This document shows, piece after piece, positions 53,301 through 59,975 of a DNA stretch of 59,975 nt. The stretch is taken from assembly GCA_001938485.1 (NCBI GenBank), contig MQRK01245331.1:1-59975 (forward strand), written 5' to 3'. The notes beneath the pieces are model-generated. The model ran no database searches. It worked only from the letters and a program-made list of their open reading frames with translations, and was not told where the DNA came from. The position numbers were made by a program, and so were the translations under genes. The stretch comes from Girardia tigrina (taxonomy: Eukaryota). Position 1 is the first letter of the stretch, and every line of letters begins with the position of its first letter.

Positions 53301-56300
53301 GTCTAGTTTTGAATCAAAACTCACAATATATGTTATACTTTTTTGAGATTTTTATCAGGCTACCTGGGGCATATTCATTTGTAAAGAACACATTGTCCCA
53401 ATCTATTGAGTATGAATATAAAAAGAAAAGAACGTTGATGATGAAACTGTCAAAGGTGCAAAATTTAGCTATTGCAAATATTAAAGAAAAACTGTTTGTA
53501 AAATCGAAAGACAAAAATTATCAAGAACTTTATAAGAACGTAATTAAACAAAGAATAATTTGAAAAACGAGATCTTAGATTTAGAAAAACGATTTGCAAA
53601 CTATCGAAGAGAATTATGAAGAAGATGGAAAATTGCGGCCGCAATACGTGTATAAGAACTTCTCCCAATATGTCCTTGAATATTAAACCCAACGAAAAGT
53701 GAAAGATGTTCAGTCCACTAAATGTACCATCATCTATTTTATTTGAAACTGATAATGGTATTAGCAAAGCGTGCTCAGTTACATGGCTGTGGCACTGTAG
53801 CATTGGTTGGTGTCATTGTCTGGTATAGGAATGAATAATTTAATCTTACCGTAAGTTGTATCAATCTTGATCTTGATCTTCGAAAAAGGTTTAACTTCGT
53901 TGGTCTTGCTGTCACCTCTGCCAATTATACTCCTGATCAGATAACTTGGTATTATCAACAAGACACAATTTGAAGCAGATTTCGTTCTCTTTATAATATC
54001 GAATTTCAAGACTTGTTTGAATGAATCAAATGATTGGATGTCCGCTCGATGATCGAATCAGTCTCAGTACTCAAGCAACGTTCATAAATGAAACTCTCAT
54101 CGGTAGTCTCAATATTTTTCTGCTTAAAAAGGCGATTTGATTGGGAAAGATTTTACAACTATTTGCTGATGAATATATCACTTGTTTTCGGGGATTGAAA
54201 GTGAAGTCACTTTATATTTTCGACAGATTGGTTTTCTCATTCTTATTTAATCGTTCTTTGTTCAACCATTTTATTTATATAAAACAAATTTTCATTACAA
54301 TAAATTTTTCAATTATTATTTACACGGTTTTTTTATTGAAAAGAAAATTGATTAGAAATGTGGGAAAGATAATCTCTTTGTATACGACAGTAGTATATTC
54401 TGATAATCAGTTCATTGTTTGAAAGTATCTTTATTTATAATAAGACTTTCTTTAAATTCCTCATGTCCAGACATTCTTTCGTAATTTGTTTTTTACAGTC
54501 ACTAATATTGTGGTTTGATGAAATCTTTTTAAAGTACTCAATATACACTGTTTAGGTTAAAACTTCCTTATTGACCTATACTTTATTTTACGTTACAGCA
54601 CTATATGGTAAAAAAATAAAATGGATTTAAATGTATCGAAATAAATGATAAATAAACTTATTAAGTATGAGTAGATGCAAAGTATGAGTAAAGCAAAATA
54701 GATAACGTTAAACTGATTTTAAATTTAAATAAAAGATTATTGATTAATTGATAACGATTGACTTTTACTTGCAAGATAAATTGTTGTATTTCATATAAAA
54801 TTAATTAAAACTTTTTCAAAAGCTAAAATTATATTCAGAATGATTTTAAATTTGTAAATTTTAATTTATAAAAATTATTCCTTCAATAGAAACTGATATA
54901 TAATTATGGTAATTGAAAAATTATAAATTCTTAGAATATAACATAAATATATGGTATAAAGATACTAAAATTAAAATATTTTACTTAAAATATCTAAATA
55001 AAAATAAACTACAAAAGTTTAGAAAAGTTTATTTGTCAAAATCAGTTATTTATTAAGATGTAATGTTGAGTACTTCTAAACAAAAATTAGCAATTTTATC
55101 AGAGACCAACAATTGATTTTCAAAATAATTAATGAAAATCTTTTATTTGAAATTAGATGAAAAATTAAACTTTGTATTGATGACTTGTATAAAATTCTGA
55201 ATCAGGCTTTTAATATATTTATTCGGTGACTTGAAAATAGATAATATGGGAATTGTTGTCAAATCATTATACTAGAAATGTTATTTTTAATTTTATTAAA
55301 AGTTTTTCAATTTCTTTTAAAAATTAACATGAATTTCCGCAATCGTTTAAACGTTTTTAAAACGTTAAATATGCTAAACGAAGACCGTTTAAAAGTTTAG
55401 AAAATTTAAAAATGTACCTAAGTATATACTTGACCGTTTAGAAGTGTCAGGAAATCGAGACGAAGGGCTTGAGAAAATAATCAAAGTAAAAACATCATAT
55501 ATAAAATTATCCAATGAAACAGGAATTCCAAAAACCATTTTAATCCATTGAATGTTAACTAATAAAATGGAAGTGTTGAAAGGTTGTTCTACTCTAGTTT
55601 GTGTGAGAATCAGATCACAAGGTCCGAGTGGATTACTGTAAAATAATTGATAGTGCCTGTTATTGCAAATTATTTAGAATGTTTTTTGTTCTGATGAATG
55701 TTCAGTTTACATCAAATTACAAAAACTCCATAAGTCATGTGTTAGCTTCCATGAATGAAACGATTGATTGAAAAAGAATTAATGATTGGTCTAATTTTTA
55801 TAGAAGGTAAATTCAAGGCTGAGAGAATTCTAGAATTCTAGCCTTATACACTAAGAAGGAAACTGAAGAGAGTCTACCACTTGCAACAGGGCGGTGTACC
55901 AACTCATACAGCGAAACTCGTGAAGAATTATTTAAATGAAAAAAATCTTGGGAATATAGGTTGGAAAATTTTTATCTTGTACCATAGACAACCAACAGCC
56001 TAGATTAGAATTCATGTGGAAATGCACTGTGAGGTATGTAAAGAAAATAGTGCTACCCATGCATACAAAAAATCATATGAACTTAACGAAACTATTCAGA
56101 TTACTTCACAGTACATTGACTGGGAAATGCTTCAAAAGATATATGCAAGATCTTTCCGCTGAATAAAGCTCTGTATTCAATTCAGAGGCCTTCAAGCTAA
56201 TTATTGAACTTAAAATTAAAAGAAACATTTTGATTGATCGTGACGTTTCGGACACCCTGTAGATCTTTTTTTCAACACTTTCAAAATATATCAAAATATT

Positions 56301-59300
56301 TTTGAAATAAAATTGTTAATTTTTGAAATACAATTGTTAAAAATTTAATAAATAGTACATGATAATTAATGATAAGATTAAATTATAATTAATAACACTA
56401 AATTAAAAATAATTTTCCAAAAGTTTGCAGTTAAGGAATTTTAAAAAAACGGACGGAGTCGCAGTCGGATTGGAGTTTCACGACTCCGATTCCGACTTCC
56501 TTAAAAATCCTTAAACTCCGACTTCGCAGCCCTGATATATTCATTGTTTATATTTATATTTGTTTTATCATTTGGTTCAAGTAAAAAAATATTCTATTTT
56601 ATTGAACACATAATTATCATGCTGCCTTATAATTTATTTATTTATTTATTTATTTATACATTTAGGCATTTCATGATTTGAATGAAGGTCAGTATCCAAA
56701 ACATTTGATATTTTACCGTGATGGTGTTTCCGAAGGACAATTTGAAAAGGTTTTTGAACATGAGATCGGTGCTGTTCGTGGTGCTTGTACAAGATTAAAC
56801 ATAATTCAACCTAAAATTACTTATATCATTGTACAGAAACGACATAAAATACGTTTTTTTCCAAATGATCGGTAATATTATTAATTTTAGAGATCATTTA
56901 AAAACAATTATAGTCAACATGAAATTGGTAGAAGTAAAAATGTTCCAGCAGGTGTAGTTGTAGATCAAGATATAACTCATTCAAGGGAATTTGACTTTTA
57001 TCTTTGTTCTCATGAAGGCATTCAGGTAATGAATATTTCCTATTTTCATGAAAAACATGAATTTTTATATTGTTTTATCAAAATTAACTCATTTAAATAC
57101 TTCTGGAAAAGAATTAGTAAAGTTAAAAATTAAACATTTAAATATTGTTGAAAATATCGCATTTTTGTGAAACACATTCAAAATAATTCTTCAACCTCAT
57201 AAATAATAAAATTTTAAAATCTCGAATCATTTATTTCTAGGAATGAAAAAAGGTAAATTAGTTTCCAAACTTTTCAAAAAACTACAATGATATTTTTTAT
57301 TTAAATTATTCATTATTTATGCTTTATTCGAACCTCATATGGCCTTAAAAAAATTATACACAAGATTCCCAAGGAACTTGAAGGCTGATTCGAATTAGTT
57401 TCGAAAGAAATGTGAATTCATATCAAATTGCTGACAAATACTGTATTTTTTAAAGTAATGTTATGAAGGTGTAAAAACTACACTTTAAAGTAAACTTTGG
57501 GGGAAATTTCACTCGGTAATTGTATGATTGATGAAATGTTAAGAGAACTCACACATTTGACAGAACATTTATTACATTCAAAATTTTGATCATCTCTATG
57601 ACAATCAACAGTATTGCTTTCACTTGAATCAATCACTCAATGTTTAATACTTCTAATTTCAATCAGAACTAATGTGAAGAAAATTATTTTGTTTAAAATA
57701 TTTAATTAAAAATTAATAAAATTAATTAATAAAATAAAATTACTTTTTATAATCATTTTCAAACATTAATTTGATTTTAATTATTTAAAAATTTACATAA
57801 ATAAAATGATTTAAAATTTACTATAATAAAAATTAAACATTTGAATATTAAATCTAAATTTGAATAAATTAGTTTCAGATTTTAAGTATTAAAATATTAA
57901 TCATCCATCTGATTAGGAGAGACACATTCCCAAATTAACACACAACATTTAAACATGCAAACATTTCACAAAAACATCAACACCAAATATTCCTCACACA
58001 TTCATTTAAGTATTTTACTTAAAGAATTTCAAAAATATAATGATATTTTCAAAATTTAATTTTATGAATATAAAGTATAATTTTTGAAGCACAACTTCAA
58101 GTCTTCGTACCTGAAAATGTATGCAGACTTGTTAATTACTCAAACTTTACTGACATAAACATTCATTCGAACATCCTAATTTTTACTTTTCTTTCGTTCT
58201 GTAACAACTAGGTCTGAAAGCGTAAAAGAGGTTGGTTATTGTATTTGCGTCGTTATATCATTCAAGCTGGAATCGGTTGCCAGTGAATCTTAAAGACCGA
58301 AAAATCTTCGCCTTAATTCAAATTCACCGTTCATCTCTATCCGGACAGTATTTATTTCTTTAGAGAAATGTTATTAATTGTGATTAATTATTAATTCATT
58401 TGTTTTAATCGGTTGTTTGTCGATGTAGAGTTTGGATTTAAATAAATACTTGTGACGCATATTGATTTTTTTCTGATTAAGACAACAATAAATTTTATAA
58501 TTTTTATCAGATTTTGAACAATCCGATGAGTGCAATAGCAAAAATTATGTAAAAATTTTAAAATTATGTTAATAAATCTGAAAATATATAGGGGGGCCCA
58601 TTGTAAACTCAAAATGCAAGAATGCATATACATAAATTATACTAAACTCAAATAAATATAAAAATATATTTTTTTCGAGATTTATAATTAATATTAGATA
58701 AAAACTAATTCTTTTTGATTGTCAAAATCCATTTATTAAATTGTCTTTTTTTGTAGAAATTTATTAAACTTTCCCTATTAAAATTAATCTCTGAAATTTA
58801 TTACTCTTGTGAGGAAATATTTAACTTATTTTAAATATAATTTTTTATTTTCAAAATAATTTCGTTCTACATTGTAAATTTTACCCAGTTTATTTTTTTT
58901 ATTATTTATTTTAAAGTTCATATTTTAAAACTTTTACTAAATATTTTCCTTTTAAAATATATCGATTTTAATTAATCAAAACCTTTTGGATTTTTAAACT
59001 TTATATTTTTTTTGTTTTGCATAATTATTTAATTTTTGTTAAAATTTAAAATTTTCGTAAAAGTATTTGGCGAATTGAAAATTTTAACTAGCTCACAAAA
59101 ATAATAAAAAAGATTTACCAAAATTTAAACTTAAATATGCTTTTCTTAACTTGCTTTTATAGCAAAGATTTTAGTCATTGTTTTTAGAATACTTAAGATC
59201 AATTTTTCATATAAAAACTACTCGTTTGATAATTAAAAATTATAATTTCGAATGTATTAAGTTTGTTACTATCAAATATATTATAATGATATTTTTTTAT

Positions 59301-59645
59301 TATTTAATTTTGAATATTGTTTTAAAGTTTGCAATTGTTGTCATTAACCTTTACTTAAACATTTAGGGAACTTCCAGACCTGTACATTATCATGTAATAT
59401 TTGATGAAAATAATTGGAGTTCTGATGATTTGCAGAAATTTACGTACTTCTTGTGCTACTTGTGTTTTAGATGTACAAGAAGCATTTCTTATCCAGCACC
59501 GACCTATTACGCTCATCTTGCCGCTTTTAGAGGCAGAGTAATTAAAGATGAAGATAGCATGTCTCTCCACGAGGAGGAAAATTTAAATGAAACAACAAGA
59601 ATATCTATTAATACTTTTCATCAAAACAAAATGTTTTTCATATGA
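16240..59645 (+). CDS. ago: Argonaute (AGO clade), 16 coding exons, about 1012 aa, predicted slicer (DEDH)
   Basis: Exons: 16240-16259, 16306-16729, 20309-20364, 22341-22607, 26872-27082, 27128-27316, 31370-31517, 35401-35555, 40413-40579, 43773-43989, 44035-44184, 44228-44381, 47370-47653, 56666-56871, 56914-57025, 59367-59645. They sum to 3039 nt, all introns are GT-AG, phases are compatible and there is no internal stop. Domains run in N-L1-PAZ-L2-MID-PIWI order. Exons 1-3 are the least certain. Confidence 0.9.
16306..16729 (+). CDS. ago: Argonaute exon 2 (disordered N-terminus with 12-aa repeats)
   Basis: Open frame RRNNNKQQ..(NSDGNxPILxST)n..LLQEESP, donor gtaagg at 16730 (phase 0). Confidence 0.65.
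16421..16672 (+). repeat. 36-bp coding minisatellite, 7 units
   Basis: Unit (a/g)cgaattccgatggaaata(t/c)accaatatta(g/a)tatct; each unit contains GAATTC. Confidence 0.95.
17123..17361. mobile_element. piggyBac-type MITE
   Basis: Imperfect TIRs of about 50 bp (cccgttgaacc..gccgataaaccggccagatttgg / ccaaatctggccggtttatcggc..ggttcaaaggg). CCC..GGG ends, with TTAA on the right and GTAA on the left. Confidence 0.75.
18820..20033 (+). mobile_element. mariner remnant interrupted by a hAT insertion
   Basis: [18 protein letters not shown] before the insertion and [38 protein letters not shown] after it. The 3' TIR ..ttatccgcaccacg is followed by TA. Confidence 0.8.
19124..19693 (-). mobile_element. 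Internally deleted hAT element (C-terminal dimerisation domain retained)
   Basis: TIRs cagcggcgtagccagg / cctggctacgcgcctg, a perfect 8-bp TSD GTGTAGGC, and minus-strand [41 protein letters not shown]. Confidence 0.92.
20309..20364 (+). CDS. ago: Argonaute exon 3 ([19 protein letters not shown])
   Basis: tttacag acceptor and gtatat donor; it bridges the phase-0 end of exon 2 to the phase-2 start of exon 4. There is no conserved motif, so support is phase logic only. Confidence 0.5.
20717..20982. repeat. Inverted repeat / MITE remnant
   Basis: aaatgcactaaaaggggattgcatacatgtttttgaaaat (20717-20756) versus attttcaaaagcatgtatgcaattcccttttagcgcattt (20943-20982). Confidence 0.7.
22341..22607 (+). 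CDS. ago: Argonaute exon 4 (N domain start)
   Basis: [30 protein letters not shown] matches the AGO PxRPxxGxxGxxIxLxxN..YxYDV pattern. Confidence 0.85.
23405..24498 (+). mobile_element. Non-autonomous Helitron-like element
   Basis: A 5' (TA)n run then (gttt)n-gtcggtcacgctttt, internal tandem duplication of about 350 bp, and a 3' hairpin acccgtcatatatgactggt followed by CTAG|T at 24495-24499. Confidence 0.75.
24937..25638 (+). mobile_element. Solo LTR, family A copy 1
   Basis: tgttagg...cccaaca termini, 4-bp TSD AATT, homologous along its length to 42433-43119. Confidence 0.8.
25670..26300 (+). mobile_element. mariner (cecropia/Hsmar1-like) 5' half
   Basis: TA followed by TIR ttaggttggtcgaaaaataatggcggttt; [46 protein letters not shown], truncated at the first catalytic D. 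Confidence 0.9.
26301..26600 (+). mobile_element. Gypsy-like RT fragment (same family as 41003-42140)
   Basis: [37 protein letters not shown] versus [36 protein letters not shown] at about 41290. Confidence 0.75.
26872..27082 (+). CDS. ago: Argonaute exon 5 (N domain)
   Basis: [18 protein letters not shown] (like PVYDGxxxLYT); phase 2 in, phase 0 out. Confidence 0.8.
27128..27316 (+). CDS. ago: Argonaute exon 6 (L1)
   Basis: [29 protein letters not shown], after a 45-bp intron. Confidence 0.85.
30290..30510 (-). mobile_element. Penelope-like element GIY-YIG endonuclease remnant
   Basis: The minus strand reads [31 protein letters not shown] (like VYxxxCxxCxxxYIGETxRxLxxRxxEH). Confidence 0.75.
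31370..31517 (+). CDS. ago: Argonaute exon 7 (L1/PAZ start), not in the ORF track
   Basis: [37 protein letters not shown]; ttcag acceptor, gtatta donor, phase 0 to 1. Confidence 0.75.
31621..33114. mobile_element. Tc1/mariner-type TIR element (non-autonomous)
   Basis: TIRs tagtgctgcacacaaagtaca / tgtactttgtgtgcagcacta with TA on both flanks. Confidence 0.8.
35401..35555 (+). CDS. ago: Argonaute exon 8 (PAZ), not in the ORF track
   Basis: [25 protein letters not shown] matches the PAZ TVxxYFxxxxxxxLxxPxLP signature; phase 1 to 0. Confidence 0.9.
36341..37441 (+). mobile_element. Tc1-like element, internally deleted, with a nested insertion
   Basis: TA-flanked TIRs cactgggtggacaaaagtg / cacttttatccacccagtg; transposase tail [26 protein letters not shown]. 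Confidence 0.88.
36544..37066. mobile_element. Solo-LTR-like insertion inside the Tc1
   Basis: tgtt...cccaata ends with a 5-bp TSD AGTGG that splits the transposase frame. The last ~90 bp recur at about 32645-32735 (ending cccaaca). Confidence 0.65.
38018..39934 (-). mobile_element. Gypsy-like gag-protease remnant
   Basis: PBS-like tggtaacaag (39934-39925), gag [17 protein letters not shown], three CCHC-type knuckles ([14 protein letters not shown]; one degenerate; [14 protein letters not shown]) and a protease-like [15 protein letters not shown]. Confidence 0.8.
40413..40579 (+). CDS. ago: Argonaute exon 9 (PAZ end/L2), not in the ORF track
   Basis: [32 protein letters not shown] (like YLPLEVC..Q..MIKxTAxxxxDR); phase 0 to 2. 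Confidence 0.88.
41003..42140 (+). mobile_element. Gypsy-like pol, internally deleted (protease, RT and integrase fragments)
   Basis: DMLLGIDAI (protease), [17 protein letters not shown] (RT), [21 protein letters not shown] (integrase); more GC-rich than its flanks. Confidence 0.85.
42433..43119 (+). mobile_element. Solo LTR, family A copy 2
   Basis: tgttagg...cctaaca termini, 4-bp TSD ATAT, homologous to 24937-25638. Confidence 0.8.
43773..43989 (+). CDS. ago: Argonaute exon 10 (L2/MID)
   Basis: [30 protein letters not shown]. Confidence 0.9.
44035..44184 (+). CDS. ago: Argonaute exon 11 (MID)
   Basis: Open 150-nt exon between a 45-bp and a 43-bp intron. Confidence 0.8.
44228..44381 (+). 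CDS. ago: Argonaute exon 12 (MID 5'-phosphate pocket)
   Basis: [20 protein letters not shown]. Confidence 0.93.
44694..44992. mobile_element. hAT (Buster/Charlie-type) MITE
   Basis: TIRs caatgtcgggcaact / aggttgcctgacactg, an imperfect 8-bp TSD (gtctacag / gtgtatag) with central TA, and subterminal gcaccgc repeats. Confidence 0.75.
47278..47340. repeat. (AAT)n microsatellite just upstream of the exon 13 acceptor
   Basis: About 20 imperfect AAT units. Confidence 0.85.
47370..47653 (+). CDS. ago: Argonaute exon 13 (MID/PIWI; catalytic D1 and E)
   Basis: [38 protein letters not shown]. Confidence 0.95.
48001..49620 (+). mobile_element. Helitron-like family copy (5' part), interrupted by a TIR element
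   Basis: Starts TC-(TA)n then (gttt)n-gtcggtcacgctttt as at 23470; homology resumes at 49554 after the insertion. Confidence 0.7.
48236..49551. mobile_element. Foldback-like TIR element with tandemly repeated arms
   Basis: Arms (a/c)agcgtttacacgaaatataaaacaaaaattc.. and the reverse complement ending 49551, built from ~21-22-bp subrepeats, with TA flanks. The empty site is visible in the copy at about 24005-24020. Confidence 0.8.
49720..51736 (-). mobile_element. Chapaev3-like (CMC superfamily) DNA transposon remnant
   Basis: ECLNNF..FYI*G at the N-terminus, then [66 protein letters not shown] and KIHFL. A CAC-type terminus next to TAA lies at 51736. Confidence 0.75.
52655..56259 (+). mobile_element. 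Tc1/mariner (rosa/maT-like) remnant with a large nested insertion
   Basis: TIRs cagggtgttccaaac / gtttcggacaccctg followed by [12 protein letters not shown] lies before the insertion, and LQQGGVPTH (like FQQDGAPPH) and a decayed WPPNSPDL-like motif lie after it. Confidence 0.7.
53779..54009 (-). pseudogene. KH-domain gene fragment
   Basis: [31 protein letters not shown] is a degenerate type-I KH motif (IPxxxxGxIIGRGGxxIxEI). Confidence 0.6.
56431..56534. mobile_element. Short palindromic MITE remnant (GGAGTC/GACTCC repeats)
   Basis: ttaaggaattttaa..ggagtc..gactcc..ttaaaaatccttaa, ending gcagccctg. Confidence 0.55.
56666..56871 (+). CDS. ago: Argonaute exon 14 (PIWI; catalytic D2)
   Basis: [34 protein letters not shown]. 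Confidence 0.97.
56914..57025 (+). CDS. ago: Argonaute exon 15 (PIWI), not in the ORF track
   Basis: [31 protein letters not shown], after a 42-bp intron. Confidence 0.95.
59367..59645 (+). CDS. ago: Argonaute exon 16 (PIWI C-terminus; catalytic H)
   Basis: [37 protein letters not shown]. Confidence 0.97.
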   Translation, partial: GTSRPVHYHVIFDENNWSSDDLQKFTYFLCYLCFRCTRSISYPAPTYYAHLAAFRGRVIKDEDSMSLHEEENLNETTRISINTFHQNKMFFI

Positions 59646-59741
59646 CGCTAGGAATAGCAAAGATTTACTATTTTACTATATTAACAATATTTATTATTGA
59701 CAGACTCAATCTTGGTTTAATTATTATCAATATATTTCATG

Positions 59742-59747
59742 AATAAA
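59742..59747 (+). promoter_or_regulatory. Candidate polyadenylation signal for ago
   Basis: First AATAAA, about 100 bp after the stop; weak evidence in AT-rich DNA. Confidence 0.35.
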
Positions 59748-59975
59748 ATTTAAATGTTCTAAATGTATTTATCAAACTAGTAAATCAAAAAATTAATTTT
59801 TTTATATCCAATCTTTATGGCAGACAGAACTCTACTTTGCCAACAAAAATAATTTCAAAATAAATAAAAAAGTTTTAAAAACCACGTTTTCATATGGACT
59901 AAAAAGAGGAAAATAATTTTTTTCTAGACATGTGAGAAATTTTATACCTAACCAAAAACGTGGGGCGGATTTCTG

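Noticed and set aside
57780-58350. Similarity to 3310-3470 and a LINE-like WNRLP tail
   Set aside because: Short, AT-rich and degraded; probably old repeats, but not classifiable by eye.
22372-59645. Separate short genes or a PIWI-clade/prokaryotic Argonaute system
   Set aside because: The pieces splice into one frame with AGO-clade motifs; the gene has spliceosomal introns and no operon-like partners.

Overview
AT-rich, transposon-dense eukaryotic (animal) genomic DNA. The ~42-47 bp mini-introns, TE spectrum and gene content would fit a flatworm-like invertebrate, but that is inference only. The main feature is a 16-exon, + strand Argonaute (AGO-clade) gene that I spliced by hand from 16240 to 59645. 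It has 3039 coding nt (about 1012 aa), all introns are GT-AG and phase-consistent, the DEDH slicer tetrad is intact, and there is an N-terminal 7 x 12-aa tandem repeat. Its large introns hold nested TE remnants (mariner, Tc1, hAT, piggyBac-type MITE, Helitron, Gypsy, solo LTRs, Penelope, Chapaev3). Upstream of it lie: a two-exon secreted six-cysteine cationic peptide gene that the ORF track misses (1728-2005, -); a young, small LTR element with near-identical LTRs that appears to carry a boule/DAZ RRM fragment (3474-5384, gapped); an intronless ORF with a C-terminal KH-like domain (5989-7359, -); and decayed TRAP1, LRP/LDLR and Polinton-ATPase fragments. No prokaryotic systems, rRNA, tRNA or CRISPR arrays were seen. 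All family assignments come from motif recognition, not database searches.
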